Made by a program: the position numbers and the translations under genes. Shown one piece after another: positions 19,509 through 30,329 of a stretch of 64,000 nt of DNA (the stretch's first letter is position 1; each line of letters starts with the position of its first letter). Source of the DNA: Gemmatimonadota bacterium (GTDB lineage Bacteria > Gemmatimonadota > Gemmatimonadetes > Gemmatimonadales > GWC2-71-9); contig JBDHKN010000004.1 in NCBI GenBank assembly GCA_039586365.1, positions 1 through 64,000 of the forward strand, read 5' to 3'. The notes under the pieces are model-generated. The model was not told the DNA's origin, made no database searches, and was given only the letters and a program-made list of their open reading frames with translations.

Positions 19509-20158
19509 CTGTACTGCCGTTCCGGTCTCTCGAGGACGTTGAGTCCGCTATCGGAACAGTTGAGCGGCACCTCGAGATGGGTGGGCTTCTTGCGTATCCG
19601 ACCGAGACCATCTACGGCCTGGGCTCCAGGGCACGCGACGAAGATCTGGCCCGGCTAGCCGTCCTCAAAGGCCGCTCGGACGATAAGCCGTTTCTCCTGT
19701 TGGTATCCACTCGCGAGATGGCCGTCAGTTATGGGTTGGTCTTCACGGCTGCAGCTGAGGTGCTGGCAGACCGATTTTGGCCCGGTCCGCTGACACTAGT
19801 CCTGCTCGGGTCCGAAGGAAGACTCCCCGATGCCCTGCGCGGTCCGGAAGGGGGGATAGCGGTGCGGTGGACTTCACACAGTGAGACCGCCGCTTTGGTG
19901 GCTCAACTCGGTGAGCCACTGAGCTCGACGTCTGCCAACCTCCCCGGCGAAAAGACCGCGCCAGGAGTCGCTGCCATCGTGACCGCGTTCGGGCCGGCTG
20001 TCGAGTCGGGTCGGCTACTCGTGCTCGACGGAGGGGTCCTGGGCAATGTGCCACCCTCTACAGTGATCGACTGCACGCGTGCAGCACCGAGCCTGATACG
20101 GGAGGGTGCCATCCTTCGTGCGGAGCTACGGCAGCGGGCTGGTAGGTTTGCTCCGTGA
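19505..20158 (+). CDS. tsaC: L-threonylcarbamoyladenylate synthase (TsaC/Sua5 domain)
   Basis: YPTETIYGL, KGR...KP, FWPGPLT, STSAN. Confidence 0.9.
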   Translation: MTVLPFRSLEDVESAIGTVERHLEMGGLLAYPTETIYGLGSRARDEDLARLAVLKGRSDDKPFLLLVSTREMAVSYGLVFTAAAEVLADRFWPGPLTLVLLGSEGRLPDALRGPEGGIAVRWTSHSETAALVAQLGEPLSSTSANLPGEKTAPGVAAIVTAFGPAVESGRLLVLDGGVLGNVPPSTVIDCTRAAPSLIREGAILRAELRQRAGRFAP

Positions 20159-20637
20159 TCCGCCACGTGCTCATGGTTTGTACGGGCAACACCTGCCGCA
20201 GTCCCCTGGCGGAAGTCTTGCTGAGGTTGGAGCTCACCAGGCACGGTGCGGACGGTACGGCGGTATCCTCAGCTGGTACGGGGGCGTGGGGTGGGGCTCC
20301 GGCGTCAGAGGGAGCACTACTGGTGGGGCTGGAGCACGACGTCGATCTGTCGAGTCACCGGGCTAGACTGTTGACCAGGGATGTCGTGAGTGAGGCAGAT
20401 ATCATCCTGACCATGGCCAGGCACCAGCGTGCCCGCGTGGAAGAGTTGGGTGGTACAGGGCGGGTCCACGTCCTTGGCGAGTTTGCTGGGAGCAGCGGAC
20501 CGTCAGCGGAGGTGGCTGATCCGTGGGGATCGGACCTCGCTGCTTATCGAGCGACTTTCAGTCAGCTGCAGGGATTCGTGCGGGTGGCAGCCCAACGTCT
20601 CGTAGGAGAACGTCGTGAACAGGATCAGCGGGACTAG
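20155..20637 (+). CDS. Low-molecular-weight protein Tyr/Arg phosphatase
   Basis: VCTGNTCRSPLAE, SAGT, DP motif. Confidence 0.9.
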   Translation: MIRHVLMVCTGNTCRSPLAEVLLRLELTRHGADGTAVSSAGTGAWGGAPASEGALLVGLEHDVDLSSHRARLLTRDVVSEADIILTMARHQRARVEELGGTGRVHVLGEFAGSSGPSAEVADPWGSDLAAYRATFSQLQGFVRVAAQRLVGERREQDQRD

Positions 20638-21430
20638 TCGTCCTCTAGTGGTCATCGGCGATCCGATCGCGCACTCGCTTTCACCGACGATGTACAATGC
20701 AGCAATCACCGCGTTGGGCATCGATGCGGTCTACATACCGGTCCATACCGACTCGTCAGCCCTGCCACACCTTTTTAGGGGACTGGAGGCGGTGGGAATC
20801 GCAGGCAACGTGACGATCCCGCACAAAATGACCGTGGCCAGGCTGTTGATCCGGTTGACCCCGCTGGCCAAGGAACTCGATGCTGTGAACACCTTCTGGC
20901 CCGATGGAGGGCGACTAGTCGGCGACAATACGGACGTGCAGGGCTTAGTCGACGCGCTTCATCCGTTGCGGCCCGATGGTCCCTGGTTGCTGCGCGGTAC
21001 CGGTGGTGGGGCCCGGGCGGTCGCTGCCGCAGCGAGAGAACTGGGGGCACAGCTGCTAATTCGGTCGGGAGAACGAGACAGGGCCGTTAGTTTCGCTGCC
21101 TGGGCTAGAGACCTGGGCGTCGAGTGTGAAGTCGACAAGGGTGGGCCAGCCGGCACCGCCATCAATGCCACGCCCCTGGGCCTGCGAGCATCCGATCCGC
21201 ATCCGTTTCCCAGTGAGCGTTTGCAGGGTTGCCGGGCCGCCCTGGATCTGGTATACGCTCCAGGACAGACGGGTTGGATACGAGAGTGTCGCCAGCAGGG
21301 TATGAAGGCAACGGATGGCAGGACCATGCTTGTGGCTCAGGGAGCCCGCTCGTTCGAACGGTTCTTCCCAGGAACTGCGGCTCCCCGCGAGATCATGCTG
21401 GCGGCGGTGGGCCGAGCCTTGCGGCGGTGA
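20615..21430 (+). CDS. aroE: Shikimate dehydrogenase
   Basis: GDPIAHSLSP, NVTIPHK, AVNT, NTD, NATPLG. Confidence 0.92.
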   Translation: MNRISGTSRPLVVIGDPIAHSLSPTMYNAAITALGIDAVYIPVHTDSSALPHLFRGLEAVGIAGNVTIPHKMTVARLLIRLTPLAKELDAVNTFWPDGGRLVGDNTDVQGLVDALHPLRPDGPWLLRGTGGGARAVAAAARELGAQLLIRSGERDRAVSFAAWARDLGVECEVDKGGPAGTAINATPLGLRASDPHPFPSERLQGCRAALDLVYAPGQTGWIRECRQQGMKATDGRTMLVAQGARSFERFFPGTAAPREIMLAAVGRALRR

Positions 21431-22152
21431 TGCGCGCTGCTCTGCTGTGTCTCGAACGACTGCTGCTGCCAAACGCATGTGTCTCCTGCGGCCGACTCGT
21501 GGAGCAATCGCGGCCAGAGGACCTTGTCTGTTCGCTGTGCGTCGCCAGACTGCGACCGGTGCCGGCCGGGTGCAAGCGCTGCGGGCAGCCCCTGCCTCCA
21601 ATCGGCCCGTGTCGGTTCTGTTCGGAATGGCCCTCAACGCTTCGTTGGGTTGCGAGCGCGGTATGGCTCGGAGACGAGGCCCGAGAGATCATCCACCATC
21701 TCAAGTACGAGGGCTACACCCGGCTAGCCCGAATCGCTGCCGAGGTGATGGCCAGACTGATCCCGCACCCCGGTCGTGCCCAGTTGGTGCCGATTCCGTT
21801 GTCCCCGAGCCGGCAGCGGCGGCGGGGTTACAACCAGGCGACTGAACTGGCCGTCAGTCTCGGTTCTCTCTGGTCGCTGCCGGTCGCGCGGGGCGTGATC
21901 GAGCGGGCTAGGGAAACTGAGACGCAAACCGAGCTGGCACCGAGAGAGAGGATTGCTAACGTTGCAGGGGCGTTCCTGGCTGCGCCGCCTTCGTCTCAGG
22001 CTGACGTCCAGATTATCTTGATTGACGACGTTCTTACCACGGGCGCGACGATATCCGCTGCGGCAACCGCGCTGGAAGATGTTGGGTGGAGCTCAGTGGG
22101 TGCCGTTTCTTTCGCGAGAGCTCTTCCATTGACCGTGCGGGTGGAGACCTGA
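21430..22152 (+). CDS. comF: ComF family protein (double zinc ribbon + PRTase)
   Basis: Four Cxx[20 protein letters not shown]. Confidence 0.9.
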   Translation: MRAALLCLERLLLPNACVSCGRLVEQSRPEDLVCSLCVARLRPVPAGCKRCGQPLPPIGPCRFCSEWPSTLRWVASAVWLGDEAREIIHHLKYEGYTRLARIAAEVMARLIPHPGRAQLVPIPLSPSRQRRRGYNQATELAVSLGSLWSLPVARGVIERARETETQTELAPRERIANVAGAFLAAPPSSQADVQIILIDDVLTTGATISAAATALEDVGWSSVGAVSFARALPLTVRVET

Positions 22153-22231
22153 ATACCACATTCGAACTGTGTTTCGTCCCGCGGCACGTGGGGCGGATTC
22201 ACGAATCAATGAGAATAACACCGAGGATCAT

Positions 22232-23242
22232 ATGACGACCAAGATTGGGATCAACGGATTCGGGCGGATCGGACGACTGGTTGTGCGCGCAATGGCACGC
22301 AGCAAGCCTGACTTGGACTTGGTAGCGGTAAACGACCTCACGGATCCGCAGACTCAGGTCCATCTGTTCAAGTACGACTCCGTACACGGCCGTTATCCTG
22401 GCAACGTCCAAATGGAAGGAAATTCTCTCAACATTGACGGCGAGAAGCTGCTTGTTCTGTCGGAGCCGGACCCGTCGAAGCTTCCGTGGGGTGACCTGGG
22501 TGTCGACATCGTGCTCGAGTCGACTGGTCACTTCAGGTCGCGCGACAAGGCGGCAGCACACATCGACGCGGGTGCCAAGAAGGTTGTGATCAGTGCTCCG
22601 GGGAAGGACGAGGACATCACTGTCGTGATGGGTGTGAATCATGACAGGTACGACCCTGGCACCCATCACGTCATATCAAATGCATCCTGCACGACAAACT
22701 GCTTGGCGCCGGTCGTCAAGGTGATCAATGACTCGTTCGGTTTCGTGCGCGGTTTCATGACCACGGTTCACAGTTACACAAACGACCAGAGAATCCTCGA
22801 TTTCCCTCACAAGGATTTGCGCCGGGCACGGGCTGCAGCGTTGAACATTATTCCCACCACCACAGGTGCGGCAAAGGCGACGGCGCTCGTGATTCCTGAG
22901 GTCAAGGGCAAGATCGACGGGGTCGCATTGCGCGTCCCCACAGCGGATGCATCGTTGGTAGATCTCACCTGCGCTGTAGAGCAGGGCACGACGACGGAAC
23001 AGGTCAACGGTGCATTCCGAACTGCTGCGCAAGGGCCGTTGCAGGGCATTCTGGCGGTGAGTGATGAGCCGCTAGTGTCGAGTGACTACATAGGAGACTC
23101 CTTCTCCAGCACGATCGACGCTCTGAGTACCAACGTTATCGACGGAACCCTGGTACATGTGTCCTCTTGGTATGACAACGAGATGGGCTACTCAGTTCGG
23201 TGCGTCGACTTGATGCAGTTCATTTCGGAGGGCCTCAGTTGA
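22232..23242 (+). CDS. gap: Glyceraldehyde-3-phosphate dehydrogenase
   Basis: [23 protein letters not shown]. Confidence 0.98.
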   Translation: MTTKIGINGFGRIGRLVVRAMARSKPDLDLVAVNDLTDPQTQVHLFKYDSVHGRYPGNVQMEGNSLNIDGEKLLVLSEPDPSKLPWGDLGVDIVLESTGHFRSRDKAAAHIDAGAKKVVISAPGKDEDITVVMGVNHDRYDPGTHHVISNASCTTNCLAPVVKVINDSFGFVRGFMTTVHSYTNDQRILDFPHKDLRRARAAALNIIPTTTGAAKATALVIPEVKGKIDGVALRVPTADASLVDLTCAVEQGTTTEQVNGAFRTAAQGPLQGILAVSDEPLVSSDYIGDSFSSTIDALSTNVIDGTLVHVSSWYDNEMGYSVRCVDLMQFISEGLS

Positions 23243-24429
23243 AACGGACGCTGGGGTCACTGGAGGGCCAACCGCTGGAGGGGGAGCGCGCACTCGTGAG
23301 GGTGGACTTCAATGTACCGCTGAAAGACGGTCGGGTGGTCGACGCCAAGCGGATCCGAGAGGCCCTGCCCACGATCCGCTGGCTGCGAGAGAAGGGGTGC
23401 AGGGTTGTGCTCCTCTCCCACCTGGGGCGTCCCAAGGGCCAGCGGCGTGAGGAGCTCTCCCTACTGCCGGTAGCGGCCGAGCTCGAGCGAGAACTTGGCG
23501 TTCCCGTATCCTTCCTGGAAGATCCCCTGATCGATGCTGCTGAGAGCCGCACCCGCCGGATGAAGCGGGGCGAAGTGGTCTTGGTGGAGAACACGAGATT
23601 CCATGCGGGTGAAGAGAAGAACGACCCGGAGCTGGCTGGTGCGTTTGCGCGGCTAGGTGATTTCTACGTAAATGATGCCTTTGGTTCGGCTCACCGAGCG
23701 CATGCGTCCACTGAGGCTGTGGCGCATCTGCTCAAGCCCGCTGCAGCCGGATTCTTGATGGAGCGGGAACTCCGCTACTTGGAGGGAGCGCTTGCAGATC
23801 CTCAGCGACCGTTCGTCGCGGTCCTGGGTGGAGCCAAGATCTCGGGCAAGATCGACACGATAGAGGCGCTGCTTCCCAAGGTCGATGAGATTCTCATCGG
23901 TGGGGCAATGGCCTGTACCTTCTTCTTGGCCATGGGGCTGGAAGTGGGCAACTCCTTAGTCGAGCCGGAGAAAGTGGCTTTGGCGCAGCGGGTGCTCAAA
24001 CAAGCCGGTGATCGGCTGGTGTTGCCGGGTGGTGGTGTGATTGGTCGAGACTTGGCAGAGAACACCGAGATCAGGAGCGTACCGCGGGAGTCGATTCCCA
24101 GTGGGTGGAGCGTCTACGACATCGACGAGAACTCGCGCCAGGATTTTGCACGGAAGATCACAGCTGCCAAGACGGTTGTGTGGAATGGGCCCATGGGGGT
24201 TTTTGAGGTGCCGCCGTTTGATGCTGGGACTGTCGCTGTTGCACGTGCGATGGCTGCGGCAACGGAGCGTGGTGCGACGACCATAGTGGGTGGCGGCGAT
24301 TCAGCGGCGGCTGTAGCCGCCGCGGGGCTCGAACGGAAGGTGAGTCACGTTTCGACCGGTGGCGGTGCCTCGCTCGAATTGCTGGAAGGGAAAGTGCTGC
24401 CAGGTGTGGCAGCACTGGATGAGATATGA
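23239..24429 (+). CDS. pgk: Phosphoglycerate kinase
   Basis: [36 protein letters not shown] start overlaps gap stop. Confidence 0.97.
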   Translation: MKRTLGSLEGQPLEGERALVRVDFNVPLKDGRVVDAKRIREALPTIRWLREKGCRVVLLSHLGRPKGQRREELSLLPVAAELERELGVPVSFLEDPLIDAAESRTRRMKRGEVVLVENTRFHAGEEKNDPELAGAFARLGDFYVNDAFGSAHRAHASTEAVAHLLKPAAAGFLMERELRYLEGALADPQRPFVAVLGGAKISGKIDTIEALLPKVDEILIGGAMACTFFLAMGLEVGNSLVEPEKVALAQRVLKQAGDRLVLPGGGVIGRDLAENTEIRSVPRESIPSGWSVYDIDENSRQDFARKITAAKTVVWNGPMGVFEVPPFDAGTVAVARAMAAATERGATTIVGGGDSAAAVAAAGLERKVSHVSTGGGASLELLEGKVLPGVAALDEI

Positions 24430-25178
24430 GGCGACTGATATTCGCTGCCAACTGGAAGATGCACCTGGGGCCTCAGGGCGCGGCTGAGTTCTTTCAGGTG
24501 TTCTCGCAGCGCTACCGGCAGCTGCTGGATCGAGAAGTATGGTTCTTTCCTCCCGCGGTGTCACTCAAGACGGTGGCGGATCTGAGTCGGGACAGGAGCG
24601 ACGTTCGGGTCGGGGCCCAAAACATCTACTGGGAACCGCAAGGAGCGTACACCGGCGAATTGAGTGTTTCCATGGTCACTGAGGCTGGTGCAGCAGCAGC
24701 TCTGGTCGGGCATTCAGAGCGGAGGCACGTCTTCGGGGAGACCACCGACGACACGGCCAAGAAAGTCCGGGCGCTGTTGGATGGCGGGCTCACGCCGTTG
24801 CTGTGTGTTGGTGAAAGAATCGAGGAGCGTGAGGCTGGCAGTACGCTCGCCGTCGTATCAGGGCAACTGGGTGCACTGAGTGGGCTGGATTCCGCTCTGC
24901 TGAGTCGAGTCGTCATTGCCTACGAGCCCGTGTGGGCCATTGGGACCGGCAAGACGGCAACTCCCGCCGACGCTGCGGAGGTGCATGCGGCCATTCGCGG
25001 GTGGTTGGTGGAGCGCGGCGTTGCAGAGCGCGACGTGCGCGTTCTCTACGGGGGAAGCGTGAAGGTGGACAACGTGGGCTCGCTTGTGGCGAGCCCGGAG
25101 ATTGACGGGGTCCTCGTGGGAGGGGCCTCACTTGACCCCAGTGCGTGGGCAACGATAGTCGGGGCCACAGTGGATTGA
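24426..25178 (+). CDS. tpiA: Triosephosphate isomerase
   Basis: ANWKM, GHSERR, AYEPVWAIGTG, YGGSV. Confidence 0.97.
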   Translation: MRRLIFAANWKMHLGPQGAAEFFQVFSQRYRQLLDREVWFFPPAVSLKTVADLSRDRSDVRVGAQNIYWEPQGAYTGELSVSMVTEAGAAAALVGHSERRHVFGETTDDTAKKVRALLDGGLTPLLCVGERIEEREAGSTLAVVSGQLGALSGLDSALLSRVVIAYEPVWAIGTGKTATPADAAEVHAAIRGWLVERGVAERDVRVLYGGSVKVDNVGSLVASPEIDGVLVGGASLDPSAWATIVGATVD

Positions 25179-25229
25179 CCCTAGTACCGGCCCCAAGTAT
25201 CTTGCCCCGCGTCGCAGCCGGATGGACCT

Positions 25230-25601
25230 ATGTACACATTCTTCATCATCTTGCTCATTCTCGACTGCATCGTGCTGGGGGCGGTGGTGTTGTTGCAGTC
25301 GGGCAAGGGAGGTGGCCTCGCCGCTCTGGGTGGTGGGTCGTCGACCGATTCTTTCTTTGGCGGTCGCCAAGCCGTGACGATACTGACCAAGCTGTCGTGG
25401 TGGTGCGGGGGCATATTCCTCGGGCTATCCTTGATTCTCGCTGGTCTCAGCTCGGGGCGTGGCGTTCCCCGCTCGGTGCTGCAACAGGATCTGGGGCCGC
25501 CGACTCCGGTTGCTCCGGCGAATCCGCTGCCGCTGGATGTGGAACCCGGAGCAGCGCAGCAGGATCAGCCGACGGAGCGGCCACCAGGTGGACAGAACTA
25601 G
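25230..25601 (+). CDS. secG: Preprotein translocase SecG
   Basis: VLLQSGKGGGL, LTK; two TM helices; follows tpiA. Confidence 0.92.
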   Translation: MYTFFIILLILDCIVLGAVVLLQSGKGGGLAALGGGSSTDSFFGGRQAVTILTKLSWWCGGIFLGLSLILAGLSSGRGVPRSVLQQDLGPPTPVAPANPLPLDVEPGAAQQDQPTERPPGGQN

Positions 25602-25604
25602 ACG

Positions 25605-26723
25605 GTGCTGAGGGCGGAGCAGGCATACGTGCTGCTAGAGGACGGCGCGTGGTTTTCCGGAACCGCGCGCCGTAGTTTTGCGGCCACCACTGGTGAGGTG
25701 GTCTTCACAACCAACCTGACCGGCTACCAGGAGGTATTCACCGATCCGTCCTACGGTGGCCAGATCGTCACGATGACTGCCCCGATGATCGGGAACTACG
25801 GCATCAATACCGAAGACCTGGAGTCGGAAAAGCCACAGGTTGCGGGCGTGGTGGTTCGAGAACTGGCCCGGACCTACTCAAACTGGCGTGCATCTGGCTC
25901 ACTCGGGGAATGGCTGGAGCAGCGTGCGATACCCGTGGTCGAGGGTGTAGACACCCGGCGGCTCACGCGCCATATCCGCTCGGCGGGGGCAATGCGCGGT
26001 ATTCTGGCGCTGGGACATGCTCCAACGGACGAGGCTCGGGCTCAGCTCGGGGCCAGCCCGTCAATGGAGGGTCTGGATCTGGCCTCAAGGGCCACCTGTG
26101 CTGCCGAGTACGAGGTTGCTGAAGGGCAGGGGAAGTACCACGTGGTGGCCTACGACTACGGAATGAAGGCCAATATCCGTCGGCTGCTGAACTCCTTCGG
26201 GTGCCGCGTTACAGTAGTACCGGCGGATACGCCAGCGTCTCGCGTCGGGGAACTAAATCCGGATGGCCTGTTCTTGTCGAACGGGCCGGGTGACCCGGCA
26301 GCCGTCAAGTACGCACTTCCCGTGATCCGTGAGTTGGTCGACGGTGGCATACCGACTTTCGGGATTTGCCTCGGGCACCAGCTGCTGGCACTTGCATTCG
26401 GAGCGGAGACCGTGAAGCTGCCGTACGGCCATCGGGGAGGAAACCATCCGGTGCGGGATCTGGCCACTGGTCGAGTTCTCATCACCAGCCAAAACCACGG
26501 ATTTGCAGTCAGGGGAATGAGTAAGGCTGTGCCAGGTGCTAAATCACTTGAAGTGACACACCGTAACCTCAATGATGACACCGTCGAAGGTGTCAGACAC
26601 ATAGACCTTCCAGCCTTTGGTGTACAGTACCATCCGGAGGCAGCTCCGGGGCCCCATGATGCTAGGAACCACTTCGCCGAATTCGTCCAAGCTCTTGACA
26701 GGCAACACTTAAGCCGATATTAA
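25605..26723 (+). CDS. carA: Carbamoyl-phosphate synthase small subunit
   Basis: [33 protein letters not shown]. Confidence 0.96.
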   Translation: MLRAEQAYVLLEDGAWFSGTARRSFAATTGEVVFTTNLTGYQEVFTDPSYGGQIVTMTAPMIGNYGINTEDLESEKPQVAGVVVRELARTYSNWRASGSLGEWLEQRAIPVVEGVDTRRLTRHIRSAGAMRGILALGHAPTDEARAQLGASPSMEGLDLASRATCAAEYEVAEGQGKYHVVAYDYGMKANIRRLLNSFGCRVTVVPADTPASRVGELNPDGLFLSNGPGDPAAVKYALPVIRELVDGGIPTFGICLGHQLLALAFGAETVKLPYGHRGGNHPVRDLATGRVLITSQNHGFAVRGMSKAVPGAKSLEVTHRNLNDDTVEGVRHIDLPAFGVQYHPEAAPGPHDARNHFAEFVQALDRQHLSRY

Positions 26724-26791
26724 TGGCTCCCCGGCTCCGACACATTCGGGGCTCGGTTTCCCCAATTGCTTGAGCAACGGAGAGGGGATCC

Positions 26792-27142
26792 ATGACCAAG
26801 GCGGATCTCGTCGAATTAGTCACTGCCTCCATCGCGCGCACAGCCGGTCCGATGATCTCAAAGAAGGACTGCGCGCGAGTCGTCGATGCGTTCCTCGACG
26901 CTGTCAGGGAGGCGCTGTCCGAACAGAACAACATTGAGATCCGCGGCTTTGGCACGTTCAAGATTCGACGGCGTAAGACGCGGATGGCCCGCAACCCGAG
27001 AACCGGGGATCCGGTAGAGGTCGCAGCCCGTCCGGTCCCGGTATTCAAGCCATCGAAGGAGTTGAGGGCCAAAGTCGCTGAGAGGGATTCGGCTCCGGCA
27101 CCTGCGTCGGCGCCCGGCCCACCCGAAGCCGCCGCTTCGTAA
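26792..27142 (+). CDS. HU/IHF-family DNA-binding protein
   Basis: MTKADLV, IRGFGTF, ARNPRTG, FKPSKELR. Confidence 0.93.
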   Translation: MTKADLVELVTASIARTAGPMISKKDCARVVDAFLDAVREALSEQNNIEIRGFGTFKIRRRKTRMARNPRTGDPVEVAARPVPVFKPSKELRAKVAERDSAPAPASAPGPPEAAAS

Positions 27143-27163
27143 CGGGTTCTCCGTATTGAACTT

Positions 27164-27198
27164 AGGCGGCTGCTCCCCGCAGGGAGCAGCCGCCTTTC
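27164..27198 (+). terminator. Intrinsic terminator after HU/IHF gene
   Basis: Perfect 14-bp stem AGGCGGCTGCTCCC/GGGAGCAGCCGCCT followed by a short T run. Confidence 0.65.
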
Positions 27199-27481
27199 GT
27201 GTACAGCCGCCACGGCGGCGGCCGGCGCTGCAACAGTGTGGCACCGGCCCCTGCTTGGTCGCCGCTGACATCTGGCAGCCTGCGCTGTGGGCTGGCTCCT
27301 CGTGGCCGGGCTGCCACGTCGTCGCTCCGGGAAGCGATTCCAAGCTGCAAAGGGCCGCGCAACGTGACCGTGCGTCGAGGTACAACACCCACTTCAGTCG
27401 CTGGAGGTACACAGCTTCCTGGTGCCGCTGGCGCGTCGATCAACTGGCAGGGCAGTGACAGTTAATGTATTGTTTCCCGCC

Positions 27482-27766
27482 ATGAGCCGCAGTTTCGGAA
27501 CCGATAGCACCGGCAGCACAATTTCCGTTTGTCTCCGGTTCTTCGCCCGCTATGCAGAAGTGTTGGGAACTGATGCCGTAACGGTCGAGCTGCAGGCGCC
27601 CGCCACTGTAGCTCACGCAGTATCGTATGTTCGGGAGCTACTACCCAACGGTGCGACACTACCTGAGAAACCGTTGGTGGCCGTCAACCTCGAACACGTG
27701 CTGCCACACCAGTCAATCCACGATGGCGACGAGTTGGCGTTCCTCCCGCCGCTCGCAGGCGGCTGA
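27482..27766 (+). CDS. moaD: MoaD/ThiS sulfur-carrier protein
   Basis: FFA, VAVN, DGDELAFLPPLAGG with terminal Gly-Gly. Confidence 0.88.
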   Translation: MSRSFGTDSTGSTISVCLRFFARYAEVLGTDAVTVELQAPATVAHAVSYVRELLPNGATLPEKPLVAVNLEHVLPHQSIHDGDELAFLPPLAGG

Positions 27767-27767
27767 G

Positions 27768-28193
27768 ATGAGTTACCTGGTGCACGCACCGATCGATGTC
27801 GCCCGGTTGAACTCGGAGGTCTCGGCCGCTCACTTAGGGGGGGCAACTACTTTCATTGGCAGCGTGCGGCGGAGTCCGGAGGACGGCCCTGTGGAGGCCA
27901 TTGAGTACACCGCTTATCAGGAAATGGCTGATCGCGAGTTCCATCGGATAGTCGCAGAGGTATCGGATCGCTGGCCGAACACCCGCGTCGCCCTGCAGCA
28001 TCGCCTCGGCCACGTTCCCACCGGAGAGGCGAGCATGGCAGTGGTAGCAGCCTCACCGCATCGGTCCGATGCGTTCGCGGCATGCCGTTATGTGGTAGAA
28101 GAAGCCAAGAAGCGCGTTCCCATCTGGAAGAAGGAGATCATCGAAGGCGGAACTGCGCGCTGGTGCGGGAATAGCGCCGAGCGGATCGGCTAG
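27768..28193 (+). CDS. moaE: Molybdopterin synthase large subunit
   Basis: GG..TFIG.VR, HRLG, SPHR..AF, K..VPIWKKE. Confidence 0.92.
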   Translation: MSYLVHAPIDVARLNSEVSAAHLGGATTFIGSVRRSPEDGPVEAIEYTAYQEMADREFHRIVAEVSDRWPNTRVALQHRLGHVPTGEASMAVVAASPHRSDAFAACRYVVEEAKKRVPIWKKEIIEGGTARWCGNSAERIG

Positions 28194-28195
28194 CC

Positions 28196-28699
28196 ATGGC
28201 GCTGTCCGTTGCGTTGATCGAACCACAGATCCCTCCCAACACAGGCAACGTTACGCGCCTTTGCGCCGCCACAGACACCGCCCTGCATCTGATCGGACCG
28301 CTCGGATTCGACCTGGACAATTCACAACTCGACCGAGCGGGTTTGGACTACTGGGATGATGCCGACATCTGGCTGCATCCCACGTGGACTTCTTTTCGCT
28401 CCGCCATCACAAGAGAACGCTGCTTATATTTCTCGTCGCATGGGTCCTTGTTGTTCACCGAGGCGCCGTTCGAAGCGAACTGCGTGCTGGTGTTCGGCAA
28501 CGAGACCAATGGAATGCCGGGTCCCATACTGAGGAAGTATCCCGACCGCGTATTTCGCATTCCGATGCGCAGCGCGGTACGTTGTTTGAATCTTGCCACG
28601 GCGGTTGGTATCGTGCTTTACGAAGCGATCCGCCAACTGAGAGTCCAGCTCGACGATCGTCCGTCGGAAGCACCTGTTGGGAAGGAGACCGTGGGCTGA
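28196..28699 (+). CDS. trmL: tRNA (cytidine34-2'-O)-methyltransferase
   Basis: PQIPPNTGN, RAGLDYW, FG.ET.G, IPM....R.LNL. Confidence 0.92.
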   Translation: MALSVALIEPQIPPNTGNVTRLCAATDTALHLIGPLGFDLDNSQLDRAGLDYWDDADIWLHPTWTSFRSAITRERCLYFSSHGSLLFTEAPFEANCVLVFGNETNGMPGPILRKYPDRVFRIPMRSAVRCLNLATAVGIVLYEAIRQLRVQLDDRPSEAPVGKETVG

Positions 28700-28749
28700 C
28701 GACCCGTGGCTGAATGTAGGTAGGTCCAACACTCTAGCTGGGGTTTCCA

Positions 28750-29676
28750 ATGCAAAAGATAGCCGTTATAGGAGCAGGTCATGTCGGTGAAACCACCGCG
28801 CAGCGCGTGGCCGAGAAGGAGTTGGCACGTGAGGTGGTGTTGATCGACATACTTGAAGGTATCCCGATGGGAAAGGCGCTGGACCAGTGGCAGTCGGGTC
28901 CAGTCGAGAGTTTCGACACGCGTGTGATCGGAGCCAACGACTACAGCGCGGCCAAGGGCGCGGAGATGTTCATCGTCACAGCTGGTGTAGCCCGCAAGCC
29001 CGGCATGAGCCGTGACGATCTGGTGAACACGAATGTCGAGATCGTCAAGTCGGTTAGCCAGGAGATCAAGAAGTGTTCACCGAACGCCATCGTCGTTGTC
29101 GTGTCCAACCCCTTGGACGTCATGTGCTATGTGGCCAAGCAGGTGACAGGATTCCCGCGTGAGCGCGTTTTCGGTATGGCGGGTGTGTTGGACACCGCCA
29201 GATTCCGGACCTTTCTCTCGGAAGCCGCAGGCGTTTCCGTCCAGGACATTCAAGCAATGGTGCTGGGCGGACACGGTGACAGTATGGTGCCACTCATATC
29301 CACGACCAACGTCTCCGGGATCCCCATAACCAAATTCATCGATCAGGAGAAGTTGGACGCCATCGTGCAACGCACCCGTATGGGCGGTGGTGAGATCGTA
29401 AAGTACCTGAAGACCGGCTCGGCATACTACGCCCCTTCAGCAGGTGCCGTCCAGATGGCTGAGGCGATTGTCAGGGACAAGAAGCGGGTCCTCCCGTGCT
29501 CGGTTTGGCTGCAAGGGGAGTACGGCCTGAAAGACCTCTACTTGGGTGTCCCGTGCAAACTCGGAGCGGGCGGTATGGAAGGAGTCATCGAAGTCGATCT
29601 GAGCAAACAGGAGAAGGAGGCTCTCAAGGCCTCGGCCGATTCGGTGAAGAGCGTCCTGGACATCGTCAAACTGTAA
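28750..29676 (+). CDS. mdh: Malate dehydrogenase (LDH-like)
   Basis: GAGHVG, RKPGMSRDDL, SNPLD, GGHGD, GSAYYAP. Confidence 0.96.
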   Translation: MQKIAVIGAGHVGETTAQRVAEKELAREVVLIDILEGIPMGKALDQWQSGPVESFDTRVIGANDYSAAKGAEMFIVTAGVARKPGMSRDDLVNTNVEIVKSVSQEIKKCSPNAIVVVVSNPLDVMCYVAKQVTGFPRERVFGMAGVLDTARFRTFLSEAAGVSVQDIQAMVLGGHGDSMVPLISTTNVSGIPITKFIDQEKLDAIVQRTRMGGGEIVKYLKTGSAYYAPSAGAVQMAEAIVRDKKRVLPCSVWLQGEYGLKDLYLGVPCKLGAGGMEGVIEVDLSKQEKEALKASADSVKSVLDIVKL

Positions 29677-29766
29677 CACGGTACGACGACTTGATCCGAT
29701 GCGGCCTGGCCCTTCCCGGTCCAGGCCGTATTTTTGCTGACCTACTTCTCCTTCGGAGGGTTCCAA

Positions 29767-30327
29767 ATGGTCACGATCGGTTCCCTTTGGCTGGCGATCT
29801 TGCTCTCGGCAGTGGTGGTCTTCGTGCTCAGTGCGATCTTCTGGACAGTATCGCCGCACCACAAGAAAGACTTCCAGCCGTTACCGGACGAGGATGCCGC
29901 TCTCAACGCCCTGAGACCACAGAACCTGCCTCCGGGGCTCTACTGGATGCCGCACGCTGAACCGCATGCGATGAAGGATCCGGCGGTCGTTCAGAAATAC
30001 CAGCAAGGCCCTGTTGCCATCCTGACCGTGATGCAATCAGGAGTGCCTGGGATGGGCAAGAGCATGGCCTTAGCCTTCGTCTGGTATCTAATAGTCGGCG
30101 TCTTCGTCGCGTACGTTGCGTCGCGGCACCTGCCAGCCGGAGCGGAGTATCTGACGGTGCATCGACTGGTGTCGGTGGCTGCGTTCTTGGCATACGGAAT
30201 GAGCGTGGTTCAGGACTCCATCTGGTTCGGCCGCCCGTGGAGCTTCTCATTCAAGATCCTGCTGGATGGGCTGGTATACGGTCTGTTCACCGGGGGGGTG
30301 TTCGGCTGGCTCTGGCCCGGGGCGTAG
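29767..30327 (+). CDS. Conserved hypothetical four-TM membrane protein
   Basis: GGAGGG RBS; four hydrophobic helices; SIWFGRPW...FGWLWP. Confidence 0.75.
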   Translation: MVTIGSLWLAILLSAVVVFVLSAIFWTVSPHHKKDFQPLPDEDAALNALRPQNLPPGLYWMPHAEPHAMKDPAVVQKYQQGPVAILTVMQSGVPGMGKSMALAFVWYLIVGVFVAYVASRHLPAGAEYLTVHRLVSVAAFLAYGMSVVQDSIWFGRPWSFSFKILLDGLVYGLFTGGVFGWLWPGA

Positions 30328-30329
30328 GT

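Noticed and set aside
27200..27470. Several overlapping 88-100 aa ORFs between the HU terminator and moaD
   Set aside because: No frame gives a recognisable protein or a clear RBS; left as unexplained spacer.
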